64,000 bases of DNA, taken from the NCBI RefSeq assembly GCF_051955275.1, contig NZ_JBQCGW010000294.1:695-64694 (forward strand), written 5' to 3'. A model generated the notes under the pieces. It made no database searches. It saw only the letters and a program-made list of their open reading frames with translations, and was not told where the DNA came from. This document shows, in pieces, positions 32,598 through 42,297 of the stretch (the first letter of the stretch is position 1; each line of letters starts with the position of its first letter). Made by a program: the position numbers and the translations under genes. This DNA is from Pseudobacter sp. (GTDB taxonomy: Bacteria > Bacteroidota > Bacteroidia > Chitinophagales > Chitinophagaceae).

Positions 32598-35500
32598 ATG
32601 TCAGCCAAATACCAGGAATTCTCGAAGTTGAACCTGCCTGAAATAGAACAGGAGGTACTCGCCAAATGGGAGGCATCCCAGGCGTTTGAGCAAAGTATGT
32701 CATTGCGTGAAGGCGCTCCCCATTTCGTTTTCTACGAAGGGCCGCCCAGCGCTAACGGCATGCCCGGCATTCACCACGTGATCAGCCGCACCCTGAAAGA
32801 CCTGGTCTGCCGCTACAAAACCATGCAGGGCTTCCAGGTAAAAAGGAAGGCCGGATGGGATACCCATGGTCTTCCCATTGAACTGGGCGTGGAGAAAGAA
32901 CTCGGCATCACCAAAGAAGATATCGGCAAAAAGATCACCGTTGAAGAATACAACCAGAAATGCCGTGAAGCCGTAATGCGCTTCAAGGATAAATGGGACG
33001 ACCTGACCCGCAAGATGGGGTACTGGGTTGACCTCGATGATCCCTATATCACTTTCGACAATAGTTACATTGAAACACTCTGGTGGATACTGCAACAGTT
33101 GTACAATAAGGGCCTGCTCTATGAAAGCGTGAGCATCCAGCCTTATTCCCCCGCAGCAGGTACAGGCCTCAGCTCCCACGAGCTGAATATGCCCGGAGCC
33201 TACAGGAATGTAAAGGACACTTCCGCAGTTGTGATGTTCAAAGCTATTGAGAACGACCGTACGAAGTTCCTCTTCCAGGCCGCAAGGGTTAACGGAGATG
33301 AGCAACCGGAGGTATTCTTCATGGCATGGACCACCACTCCATGGACCCTTCCTTCCAACCTCGGTCTTACCGTTGGTCCAAAGATCAATTATGTGCTGGT
33401 TCATACCGTGAACCCCTATACGCATATTCCTGTGAACGTGGTACTGGCGAAAGACCTGCTCGGCAAATACTTCAAACCGGAAGGAGAGAATCTGCCTGTT
33501 GGCACTTACAAGGAAGGAGACAAGCTCCTGCCCTGGACCATCATTGCAGAGTTCAAGGGCGCAGAAATCGATGAAGCCCGGTACGAGCAACTGATGCCTT
33601 ATGAAGCTAACAGCGCCAAAGAGGCCGGTGGCGATCCTTTCCGGGTACTGCTTGGGGATTTCGTGACCACAGAAGATGGTACCGGCATCGTACATACGGC
33701 GCCAGCCTTTGGCGCAGATGACTTTAAAGTAGGGAAGAAATATGGCATCGGCATCCTTACCATGGTTGACAAAACCGGGAAGTTTGTTGATGGCCTCGGT
33801 GAGTTCAGCGGCCGCTATGTGAAAGATTATAAGAATGAGAAGGATTATGTGGATGTGAACGTAGACATCTCCGTGAAACTCAAAAAAGAGAACCGCGCCT
33901 TCAAAGTAGAAAAATACGAACACAATTATCCGCACTGCTGGCGTACCGATAAACCTGTGCTCTACTATCCGCTGGATGCCTGGTTCATCAAAACAACCGG
34001 CCTCCGGGATAAGATGGTGGAGCTGAACAAGACCATCAACTGGAAACCAAAATCAACCGGCGAAGGACGTTTTGGAACCTGGCTGGAGAATATGGTGGAC
34101 TGGAACCTCAGCCGAAGCCGCTTCTGGGGAACACCGCTCCCTATCTGGAAAACAGAAATGGAGAACGATGATCCTGCAACCGTTGAATTCAAATGCATCG
34201 GAAATATAGAAGAACTGAACAACGAGATCAAAAAGGCCAATGAAGTACTGGGAGGCGATGTAAACAAACACTATCTCCATGAAGGTATCCTTGACCTTCA
34301 TAAACCATATATCGATGAGGTGGTGCTGGTGAGCCCCAAGGGCAGGCCGATGAAGCGCGTACCCGATCTGATAGACGTTTGGTTTGATTCCGGAGCCATG
34401 CCTTATGCGCAGTGGGGACTGGATTATGACAAACTGAAAGCAGGTGACCCCCGTCCTTTCAAAGCTCCTTTCGATACTAATTTCCCGGCAGACTTCATTG
34501 CGGAAGGTGTTGACCAGACGAGAGGATGGTTCTATACCCTCCATGCGATCGCCAGCCTGCTCTATGAAGATGTGGCTTTCAAAACCTGTGTGAGTAATGG
34601 CCTGGTGCTCGACAAAAATGGCGTAAAGATGAGCAAGCGCCTGGGTAATGTGGTGGATCCGTTCCAGACCATCAATGAGTTTGGCGCTGATGCTACCCGC
34701 TGGTACCTGGTGACCAATGCATCTCCCTGGGACAATATGAAATTCGACCTGGAAGGTATCAGGGAAGTACAACGTAAATTCTTCGGTACCTTATTTAATA
34801 CATATCAGTTTTTTGCCCTTTACGCCAACGTGGATGGATTTGCTTTCAAAGAGCAGTACATTCCGCTGCCTGAGCGTCCGGAGATCGACCGCTGGATCCT
34901 CAGCTCCCTGAATACTCTCATAGCGAAGGTGAAAACCAGTATGGATGATTACGAGCCCACACAGGCTGGTCGTTTTATTGAAGAATTTGTTGGTGAGCAG
35001 CTCAGTAACTGGTATGTGCGTCTCTGCCGCCGCCGGTTCTGGAAGGGGGATTATGAGCATGATAAGATCTGCGCTTACCAGACACTGTATGAGTGCCTGG
35101 AAAAGATCAGCATCCTGATGGCCCCTATATCTCCGTTCTTCAGCGACAGGTTATTCAATGCACTGAACGAGGTTACCGGACAGCGCAAAGAGAAATCCGT
35201 GCACCATGTACTTTTCCCGGTAGTGGATGAAAAGGCGGTGGACGCTTCACTGGAAGAAAGAATGAAGCTGGCGCAGGATACTTCTTCCCTGATCCTGAGC
35301 CTCAGAAAGAAAGAGAATATCAAGGTAAGGCAGCCTTTGCAGAAGGTTCTTATTCCCATTCTGAACCCTGGTATGAAAGACCAGATCCGGAAGGTGGAGG
35401 ACCTCATCAAAAGCGAGGTGAACGTGAAGGAACTGCAATACCTGACCGAAGACAGTGGGTTCATCAAAAAGAAGATCAAGCCTAATTATATCGCGCTCGG

Positions 35501-35990
35501 TAAAAAGCTGGGTGGTAAAATGAAGGCAGTTGCGGCTGCGCTTACCAGTTTTACCCAGGATGATATCAGTCGTTTAGAAAAAGAAGGGTCAATTTCATTG
35601 TTAATTGATAGCGAACCCTTAATATTACAGGCTAATGAAGTAGACATCACCAGTGAGGATATACCCGGCTGGATGGTGGCGAACAAAGACTCTCTGACTG
35701 TAGCACTCGATATCACCGTTACCCCTGAATTGATCAGCGAAGGCAACGCCCGCGAACTGGTTAACAGAATCCAAAAGATCCGGAAAGACAACGGGTATGA
35801 ACTAACGGACAGGATCATGGTTCAGTTAACTGATCACCAGGAATTGAAAGGTTCAATCGCTCAATTTAATACTTATATTTGCGCAGAAATTTTGGCAGAT
35901 AAACTGGAATTAGTTCCTGAATTACCTGGTGGCACTGAAATTGAGGTGAATGATATTCCTTTAAAAGTATTTGTCAGTAAAAAAGCCTAA
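32598..35990 (+). CDS. ileS: Isoleucine--tRNA ligase (long, type-2 form)
   Basis: 1130 aa. HIGH motif as PSANGMPGIHH, KMSKS as VKMSKRLGN, and a CP1 editing domain. Confidence 0.95.
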   Translation: MSAKYQEFSKLNLPEIEQEVLAKWEASQAFEQSMSLREGAPHFVFYEGPPSANGMPGIHHVISRTLKDLVCRYKTMQGFQVKRKAGWDTHGLPIELGVEKELGITKEDIGKKITVEEYNQKCREAVMRFKDKWDDLTRKMGYWVDLDDPYITFDNSYIETLWWILQQLYNKGLLYESVSIQPYSPAAGTGLSSHELNMPGAYRNVKDTSAVVMFKAIENDRTKFLFQAARVNGDEQPEVFFMAWTTTPWTLPSNLGLTVGPKINYVLVHTVNPYTHIPVNVVLAKDLLGKYFKPEGENLPVGTYKEGDKLLPWTIIAEFKGAEIDEARYEQLMPYEANSAKEAGGDPFRVLLGDFVTTEDGTGIVHTAPAFGADDFKVGKKYGIGILTMVDKTGKFVDGLGEFSGRYVKDYKNEKDYVDVNVDISVKLKKENRAFKVEKYEHNYPHCWRTDKPVLYYPLDAWFIKTTGLRDKMVELNKTINWKPKSTGEGRFGTWLENMVDWNLSRSRFWGTPLPIWKTEMENDDPATVEFKCIGNIEELNNEIKKANEVLGGDVNKHYLHEGILDLHKPYIDEVVLVSPKGRPMKRVPDLIDVWFDSGAMPYAQWGLDYDKLKAGDPRPFKAPFDTNFPADFIAEGVDQTRGWFYTLHAIASLLYEDVAFKTCVSNGLVLDKNGVKMSKRLGNVVDPFQTINEFGADATRWYLVTNASPWDNMKFDLEGIREVQRKFFGTLFNTYQFFALYANVDGFAFKEQYIPLPERPEIDRWILSSLNTLIAKVKTSMDDYEPTQAGRFIEEFVGEQLSNWYVRLCRRRFWKGDYEHDKICAYQTLYECLEKISILMAPISPFFSDRLFNALNEVTGQRKEKSVHHVLFPVVDEKAVDASLEERMKLAQDTSSLILSLRKKENIKVRQPLQKVLIPILNPGMKDQIRKVEDLIKSEVNVKELQYLTEDSGFIKKKIKPNYIALGKKLGGKMKAVAAALTSFTQDDISRLEKEGSISLLIDSEPLILQANEVDITSEDIPGWMVANKDSLTVALDITVTPELISEGNARELVNRIQKIRKDNGYELTDRIMVQLTDHQELKGSIAQFNTYICAEILADKLELVPELPGGTEIEVNDIPLKVFVSKKA

Positions 35991-35994
35991 CAGT

Positions 35995-36882
35995 ATGGCA
36001 ACCAAGAAGAAAGCAGCTAAGCCAGCAAAGAAGGCACCCGCTCCGAAAAAAGCGGCGCCGGCTAAAAAGCCTGCTGCCAAACCTGCTGCTGTCAAGAAAG
36101 CAACCAAGCCTGTTCCAAAGAAAGCAGCCAGGCCTGCACCGGCAGCCAAGTCAGCACCGGCTAAAAAAGCTGCGCCTCCCGCGGCCAAAAAGCCAGCGCC
36201 CAAACCTGCGCCTGCTCCGGTAAAAGTTGCTTCCAAACCGGAAGTGAAGAAAGCTGCCACACCAGTGAAGGCTGCCCCCGCTCCCGAAGTGAAAAAAGCC
36301 GCAGAGCCCAAAGCCGAAGTAAAAAAGCCCGAAGTAAAGAAGCAGGAGCCCGTTGCGCCCCCTCCAATTCCAAAGAAAACTGTACCCCCAGCGCCCCCTA
36401 AACCGGTTAAAGTGGTGATTCCGGAACTGAAGACGAAATCTGTTCGTAAGTATGAACCGGACTTTACCAAATCTGTATTAGATCAACCTGAAAACATACA
36501 AACGGGACCTACCATGAGATACAGCGACAGTGAATTACAAGAATTCAAAGACCTGATTCATAAGAAGCTCGAACAGGCAAAGAAAGAACTGACTTACCTG
36601 CAGGGACTAATCACCCGCAAAGATGAAATGGGTGGCGATGAGAATGAGAATCGCTATATGACCATGGAAGATGGCAGTGTTAGTATGGAGCGTGAACAAC
36701 TGGCTCAGATGGCCAGCCGCCAGATCAATTATATTGATCACCTGGAGAAAGCTCTCATGCGCATCGAAAACAAAACCTACGGAATCTGCCGCGTTACAGG
36801 TAAGCTCATCGACAAAGCACGTCTGCGTGCTGTGCCCCACGCCACACTGAGCATCGAGGCAAAACAAATGATGAACAAATAG
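35995..36882 (+). CDS. DksA/TraR-family zinc-finger protein with a ~170-aa Lys/Ala/Pro-rich (histone H1-like) N-terminal extension
   Basis: The C-terminal 122 aa (from MRYSDSELQEFKDL.. at 36514) form a Bacteroidota-type DksA/TraR core (..NKTYGICRVTGKLIDKARLRAVPHATL..). The 173 codons upstream are in frame, open and K/A/P-rich. I prefer the ATG at 35995 over the TTG at 35971, which overlaps ileS. Confidence 0.65.
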   Translation: MATKKKAAKPAKKAPAPKKAAPAKKPAAKPAAVKKATKPVPKKAARPAPAAKSAPAKKAAPPAAKKPAPKPAPAPVKVASKPEVKKAATPVKAAPAPEVKKAAEPKAEVKKPEVKKQEPVAPPPIPKKTVPPAPPKPVKVVIPELKTKSVRKYEPDFTKSVLDQPENIQTGPTMRYSDSELQEFKDLIHKKLEQAKKELTYLQGLITRKDEMGGDENENRYMTMEDGSVSMEREQLAQMASRQINYIDHLEKALMRIENKTYGICRVTGKLIDKARLRAVPHATLSIEAKQMMNK

Positions 36883-36925
36883 TAATTAACCTCAAAATTG
36901 TAATAAGGTATTTTAAAACATTCAG

Positions 36926-36962
36926 CGATCCCGGTTGCGTCAGCAGCCGGGATCGTTTTTTT
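36926..36962 (+). terminator. Terminator of the DksA-like gene
   Basis: Stem CGATCCCGG (36926-36934) / CCGGGATCG (36947-36955), followed by T7. Confidence 0.85.
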
Positions 36963-36975
36963 ATGTGACCGGGAA

Positions 36976-37003
36976 ATAAAAAAGCCGCTTCCGGAGAAGC
37001 GGC
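36976..37003 (-). terminator. Terminator of the DPP-IV gene
   Basis: Stem GCCGCTTC / GAAGCGGC with loop CGGA. The A-run on the plus strand gives a T-tail on the minus strand. Confidence 0.8.
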
Positions 37004-37027
37004 CTGAAAGATATTCTTCAGCAATAC

Positions 37028-39136
37028 TTATTTGAAAGCAGCTGGCACAGGTTTGTTCAGCAGGTTCTCATACCAGAACCTGGCCGCCTCATTCCTGTTA
37101 TGAATGCGTTTGTTCATGCTGTTGGCACCAATGCTATGACGCTCCCCGGGATAGATCATGAGCTCAAAATGCTTGCCCAGTTCTTCCAGTTTGTCAACCA
37201 GCACCATGCTGTTCTGCATATGCACATTGTCGTCTGTAGTACCATGAACAATGCGAAGACCACCTTTGTATTTGTTGGCGTAAGTCATTACAGAAGTGTT
37301 CTTATAACCTTCTGCATTGTCTTGCGGAGTATCCATGAAACGCTCTGTGTAATGCGTATCATAGAACTGCCAGTCGGTAACCGATGCATTGGCAACACCG
37401 TAAGTATAAACATCAGCACCGTAGGTCAGCGCCATGCAGGTCATATAACCCCCAAAGCTGCCGCCTGTCATGGCGAGTTTGGAAGCATCCGCCCAGGGCT
37501 GGCTCTGCAGCCATTTGCCGGCAGCCATGAAATCTTCTATCTCATATTTGCCGAGCTGGCGATAGATATAGTTCAGGCCGTTCTTTCCAAAGTGACCGCT
37601 GGCGCGGTTGTCGATGGCAACCTGTACCAGGCCTTCCTGTGCCCACCATTGTGCAAGTCCTCCGATGGCTCTCCAGCGATCATATACAGTGCCGGCATCA
37701 GGCCCTCCATAGATGCTCACGAGAATGGGATATTTTTTGTTAGGATCGAAATTGATGGGGTATGTGATGGTGACAGGCAGCTCAAACAATCCGTCTGCAG
37801 ATTTCACGCGAACCAGTTCTGTACGCGGAATCTCATATTCGTCGAATCCGGAACCTTTGGCATCACCCAGCATACGCACCAGTTTTCCTTTGCCGTCAAC
37901 CAGGGCTGAGGCCGGAGGAGTGGAAAGGTTGGAATAGGTGGTAATGAAATATTTACCGCTTGGCGAAAGCTGAACCATATCATGCGAGAAGTCTCCGAAA
38001 GTCAGGCGGGTAAGGCCTTTACCGTTGAGACCAACTTTATAGAGGTCGAACCGGGCGGAATTCTCTTTACGCGCTTTGATGAACAGGGTGCCTGATTTTT
38101 CATCGAATTTCACCAGGGATGTACCCCAGAAATTACCGGTGGTGATCTGGTTTACCAGTTTACCGGTCATATCATAATGGTAGAGGTTCTGCCAGCCGTC
38201 TTTATCACTTTTGATGATGAAGCCTTTATTGTTGGAGAGAAATTCAACACGGTCGTTATCATCCAGGGTGATCCAGGTTTTCTGTGCTTCTTCATAAACG
38301 ATATTCTTTGCACCGTTGGTAGTATTGATATTGTAGATCTTCAGCTGGTTCTGATCGCGGTTCATCCACTGGATCCAGAGCTGGCCACCGGGTGTCCAGT
38401 AAGGTGCACCGAAATACTGATCATCTTTTTCATTGAAGTCGGCCCATACGGTATTGCCTGAAGCGATATTCACCATACCCATCTTCACTTCAGGATTTTT
38501 ATCACCTGCTTTGGGATAGCGTGTATTTTCCAGGTAACCATGTTGTCCGTCCAGCACATAGATCGGGAATACAGGTACCATGGATTCATCAAAGTGCATA
38601 TAACAGATCTGTTTGCTGTCGGGGCTCCACCAGAATGCCTGGTAGTTGCTGGCTCTGCCGAGGATCTCTTCATAATATACCCAGCTCGCATAACCATTAA
38701 GGGTAGTGGTATTGCCGTCTGTGGTGAGCTGTTTTTCCTTTCTTGATACCAGGTCCTGCACGTACAGGTTATTATCTTTTTTGGTGTAGGCGATCATTTT
38801 GCCGTCGGGTGAAGCAGTAACATTGCGTCCGCCATCCACTTTGGGTTGGGGGATACTGACGGTGCTGGTGCCGGCAGGAGCCGTATAGGGGCTGACCTTT
38901 CCGGTTTTTGCATTTACGGCAACTGTTTCAGTTTTTCCGTCTGCACTTTTCTGCACTTCAAGGTAATTGTCGTCATCTGCCCAGCCTCTGATGGCAGGTA
39001 ATGGCTTGCTGATATTGGCGGGGAGATTGTTCCTTAGCAGTTGATCTGCCGTGAACTGTTTTTTTTGCGCTGCTGCGGGGAATGACATGGTCATGAGCAG
39101 TAAACATGCAGCAGCAGAGAGCATTCTCTTCATCAT
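37028..39136 (-). CDS. Dipeptidyl-peptidase IV-like serine peptidase (S9B family)
   Basis: 702 aa with a signal peptide. An N-terminal beta-propeller (..WWSPDSKQICY..) is followed by a C-terminal alpha/beta hydrolase domain with the nucleophile motif GGSFGGYM. Confidence 0.85.
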   Translation of the reverse strand: MMKRMLSAAACLLLMTMSFPAAAQKKQFTADQLLRNNLPANISKPLPAIRGWADDDNYLEVQKSADGKTETVAVNAKTGKVSPYTAPAGTSTVSIPQPKVDGGRNVTASPDGKMIAYTKKDNNLYVQDLVSRKEKQLTTDGNTTTLNGYASWVYYEEILGRASNYQAFWWSPDSKQICYMHFDESMVPVFPIYVLDGQHGYLENTRYPKAGDKNPEVKMGMVNIASGNTVWADFNEKDDQYFGAPYWTPGGQLWIQWMNRDQNQLKIYNINTTNGAKNIVYEEAQKTWITLDDNDRVEFLSNNKGFIIKSDKDGWQNLYHYDMTGKLVNQITTGNFWGTSLVKFDEKSGTLFIKARKENSARFDLYKVGLNGKGLTRLTFGDFSHDMVQLSPSGKYFITTYSNLSTPPASALVDGKGKLVRMLGDAKGSGFDEYEIPRTELVRVKSADGLFELPVTITYPINFDPNKKYPILVSIYGGPDAGTVYDRWRAIGGLAQWWAQEGLVQVAIDNRASGHFGKNGLNYIYRQLGKYEIEDFMAAGKWLQSQPWADASKLAMTGGSFGGYMTCMALTYGADVYTYGVANASVTDWQFYDTHYTERFMDTPQDNAEGYKNTSVMTYANKYKGGLRIVHGTTDDNVHMQNSMVLVDKLEELGKHFELMIYPGERHSIGANSMNKRIHNRNEAARFWYENLLNKPVPAAFK

Positions 39137-39275
39137 GAAAAATTTGATTAAGGGGTGAATGTACGAAAAGGCGGCACAATAATCACCTGGATCTTATAAA
39201 TGGACAACCTGTGTTGTACAATTGAAAATTTGAAGTATCTTCCACAGGTTCACCCAAAACAAACTAAAAACCGGC

Positions 39276-40106
39276 ATGTTACTCAAGTACTTAAAAGCCT
39301 CCTTCGCCCGCAAGAAAGCGCGGAGATTCTTCAGGGAGTATCCCTATGAAATCAATAAGTTTTCTCTTTCCAAAGAAGGGCCCATCGAATTTGCCAACTG
39401 GAAGAATCCGTTGGTGGCGCATATCGAAATCACCCAATCCCAGGTGAATTTCTTTGCACAGTTTATTACGCGTGGCAGCCTGGCGATAGATATCGGCGGC
39501 AATGTGGGAGATACCACCGTGCCCATGGCGCTGGCTGCCGGCAAAGAAGGTTTGGTACTGGCTTTCGATCCCAATCCACATGTATACAAAATACTGGAGA
39601 TCAATGCCGGTCTGAACAAGCAGAATACCAATATTGTTCCGCTGCCTTACGCTATCACTGAACAGGATGGAGAGTTCTTTTACTCTTCTTCCGAAGCCAG
39701 CTTCAGCAATGGCGGCATCACAGAAGAGCAGAGCAGCAAACACGGAGCTTATCAGCTGAAGCAGAAAATTCAGGGTGTAAACCTGGAGAAACTGCTGGAT
39801 GCTAAATACAGTAACTGGATCGGTAAGCTCACTTTCATCAAGATCGATACGGAAGGTTACGATAAGGAGATCATCAAATCAATCAGCAGCCTGCTGCAGC
39901 GTTGTAAGCCTGTAGTGGTGGCAGAATGTTTTGGAGAGCTCACTGCCGCAGAGCGTGCAGAACTGTACGAGCTTTTAGTAGCTAAAGGTTACGAACTGTT
40001 CTATTTCGGGGATTTTGAAGAAGGTACCAAAGTGGAGCCAATTCTCAGTGCTGACGATATGAACAGGTGGAAGCATTTCAACTTCTACGCTAAGGTGGCC
40101 AGGTAG
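39276..40106 (+). CDS. FkbM-family SAM-dependent methyltransferase
   Basis: Motifs AIDIGGNVGDTT (SAM-binding) and FIKIDTEGYDKEIIKS, as in the FkbM family. Confidence 0.75.
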   Translation: MLLKYLKASFARKKARRFFREYPYEINKFSLSKEGPIEFANWKNPLVAHIEITQSQVNFFAQFITRGSLAIDIGGNVGDTTVPMALAAGKEGLVLAFDPNPHVYKILEINAGLNKQNTNIVPLPYAITEQDGEFFYSSSEASFSNGGITEEQSSKHGAYQLKQKIQGVNLEKLLDAKYSNWIGKLTFIKIDTEGYDKEIIKSISSLLQRCKPVVVAECFGELTAAERAELYELLVAKGYELFYFGDFEEGTKVEPILSADDMNRWKHFNFYAKVAR

Positions 40107-41056
40107 TCACTTTCAACAAATATTTCCGGATCTGCTGCGAAAGCGGCAGGTCCGTTTTTTTTGTTCATGCTGCTGAAAGTGGTATCTGTCAGCAGCCTGT
40201 GCATCACAGGATCAGTCTTCCCTGCCCTGTACCCCATCAATTGTTCACTCAGGTTGAAGGCTCCAGCCGGTATTCCCGCAGGCGTATAACCGAAACATTT
40301 TTTGAACTCTTTAATGAAATGGGCCTGGTCAAAATAATTGCATTCATAAACGATCTCCTGCCAGTCTGTTTCTTTCAGTACAATGCATTGGCGGTAGGCA
40401 TGATTGATGCGCAGCATCCGGCTGAATGACTTGGGGCTAACGCCGATGATATCCCTGAACTGCGCTTCCAGCGTGCGTTGCGGGATATTGAAATCGTTAC
40501 AGATATCGTCGATATAATTACGCCCATTTACCTGCTTCATCTTCTTCACGATACCTGAGAGCCTTGCAGTGGAAGCAGCCAGCTTTTCAGATATGGAATG
40601 CCGTCTGGCGGCAAACAGGTTGAGCAGCCAATGTTCCATGGTGGCTATCACGCTTCTGGGATCACTGTTGCAGTCAGCCAGCTGCTGATAAATATTGTTA
40701 CACGGAAGAAAATCTGACAATTCTGTGAATTGATCTGTGAACCTGTTCATCGGCTGTGAAAAGAAATGTACGGGGCCAATGGGCCTGAACACCGCATAAA
40801 TGGCGGAATAAGCTCCTGATTGCAGGGGTCTGTACTGTTTCAACTGACCGGTAAAGTTGAGTTTGGGCGTGAATTGTACACTGGTTTTGATATCCTTTGT
40901 TTCCGGTGAGTGTCCAAGTGTGTAAGCAAGGGCTGTACATCCTGTTGGATGCTGATCTATCAGCAGGCTTTTTTCCTGACTGGCAGTTTTTAAAAATACA
41001 TAACTGTGAATATAGGGTTGCAGTGTAGGACAGGGACGGATATAGAAAGTACGCAT
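40085..41056 (-). CDS. AraC-family transcriptional regulator
   Basis: C-terminal HTH (..DDICNDFNIPQRTLEAQFRDIIGVSPKSF.. and ..CNYFDQAHFIKEFKKCFGYTP). I prefer the ATG at 41056 (MRTFYIRPCP..). The 3' end overlaps the convergent FkbM gene by 22 nt. Confidence 0.8.
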   Translation of the reverse strand: MRTFYIRPCPTLQPYIHSYVFLKTASQEKSLLIDQHPTGCTALAYTLGHSPETKDIKTSVQFTPKLNFTGQLKQYRPLQSGAYSAIYAVFRPIGPVHFFSQPMNRFTDQFTELSDFLPCNNIYQQLADCNSDPRSVIATMEHWLLNLFAARRHSISEKLAASTARLSGIVKKMKQVNGRNYIDDICNDFNIPQRTLEAQFRDIIGVSPKSFSRMLRINHAYRQCIVLKETDWQEIVYECNYFDQAHFIKEFKKCFGYTPAGIPAGAFNLSEQLMGYRAGKTDPVMHRLLTDTTFSSMNKKNGPAAFAADPEIFVESDYLATLA

Positions 41057-41336
41057 CAAGGTTAGTTTTTCATGGGATGGCATAAACATAACGTGCGAAC
41101 ATTGAGTATGGTATGGGTGAATCGTGAAATTTACCAGCTGAACAGAAAAAAATCGTGTATGGGTAGCTGATATGAAATGAATCCGTAATGTGAAAGCCGC
41201 GGTGTGGAAATCAGTTGTTCTGCCGGCAGCCGGTTTAAGTATGGTCATTTGATATTTGTCAACATGTAGCCTTCTTGCGCATTTTTACAATACAATCCCT
41301 TTTACGTTGATTTCTTTTGCAACAAATTTATATTCA

Positions 41337-42227
41337 ATGAAAAGAACCCTACTGCCCTTACTGGCCGCCGTATTTTTCTTCGGTAGCTGTAAGAAGGATA
41401 ATGACAAGAAAGATTTTATCCAGTTACAAAAGATCGAAAACGGAGAGGAAGCATTCAATTTCCAGTACAATGAACAGCATCAGCTGAGCCGCTATGAGGT
41501 ACTGAGGACCTTCGAAGATGGGGGGACGCCTACACTCTATCGTTATGCTATTATCAGCTATGAGAATAATATTCCTGTAAGCGCTGATCTGTACAGGAAA
41601 GGAGAAACTACTGATTTCTACCGCAGGTCACAGGTTTTGTTACATTATAACAGCCAGAACAGGATCGCTTATACCGTTAAGAAATACTACAATGAAAACG
41701 GTACTTACCAGGAAGGTAATAACGATACCGTTGATTATGCTTTCAATGCAGACAGCAGGCTGGCCAGCATCAAGTATCGCGGCGACAATTCTCCCTGGAC
41801 TTTCTCTTATGACGCACAGGGAAATATCAAGCTCGATCCACAAACTTATTCCGAGCCTAACTACACAGACCAGAGCAGCTATGAATTCAAGTATGACAAT
41901 GGTGTGAATCCATTATCTGTAAACGGGGTTGGGCTTACCATCTTTGCATTGTATGAAGACGATGATTTTGAGATCAACCAGTTGTTGTCTGTAAATAATG
42001 CTACATACAACAAAACTGTTTATACCTACACTTACAAAAATGGTGAGACCACCAATGTAGATAAGTATACCGATATTTACCAGTTTGCCAATACTTATGA
42101 TGAGAATGGCGGACTGAAAGAAGTGGGTGTTACTTACAATTTTGAATATAGCAGAAACGGATCAGTAGAGGACACTCAGAATAGTCAGCGAACAGCAAAG
42201 ATCACCTGTGTGAAAAAGCAGTATTAA
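41337..42227 (+). CDS. Lipoprotein with YD-repeat-like motifs, function unknown
   Basis: ATG at 41337 gives MKRTLLPLLAAVFFFGSC (lipobox). Contains repeated Y-x-(Y/F)-(D/N)-...-G/R-like segments (YAFNADSRLASIKY, FSYDAQGNIKL). Confidence 0.6.
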   Translation: MKRTLLPLLAAVFFFGSCKKDNDKKDFIQLQKIENGEEAFNFQYNEQHQLSRYEVLRTFEDGGTPTLYRYAIISYENNIPVSADLYRKGETTDFYRRSQVLLHYNSQNRIAYTVKKYYNENGTYQEGNNDTVDYAFNADSRLASIKYRGDNSPWTFSYDAQGNIKLDPQTYSEPNYTDQSSYEFKYDNGVNPLSVNGVGLTIFALYEDDDFEINQLLSVNNATYNKTVYTYTYKNGETTNVDKYTDIYQFANTYDENGGLKEVGVTYNFEYSRNGSVEDTQNSQRTAKITCVKKQY

Positions 42228-42241
42228 TATTGCTTTTTCAT

Positions 42242-42284
42242 AAAAGAAACCGGCTGTTCACGAAGGAACAGCCGGTTTCTTTTT
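42242..42284. terminator. Bidirectional terminator
   Basis: A 15-bp perfect stem AGAAACCGGCTGTTC / GAACAGCCGGTTTCT, flanked by A4 and T4. Confidence 0.9.
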
Positions 42285-42297
42285 ATGATGGATCATC

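Noticed and set aside
32700-33935. Long antisense ORFs inside well-supported genes. Examples are 411 aa opposite ileS, 381 aa (44756..45901) opposite the FtsX-like permease, 290 aa (17321..18193) opposite hmuS, 288 aa (25046..25912) opposite hemF/hemE, 275 aa (27298..28125) opposite hemC, 265 aa (29798..30595) opposite hemH, 293 aa (3555..4436) opposite gatB and 269 aa (37100..37909) opposite DPP-IV.
   Set aside because: Each lies wholly or almost wholly within a gene whose product has clear family motifs. Their translations are low-complexity or unrecognisable. Such shadow ORFs are expected opposite genes with this codon usage, so there is no independent support for coding.
35961-36470. A 169-aa Gly/Ala/Phe-rich ORF on the minus strand opposite the Lys/Ala/Pro-rich region.
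   Set aside because: It is a compositional mirror of AAR/GCN/CCN codons, which cannot generate stop codons on the antisense strand. It has no start context or recognisable domain.
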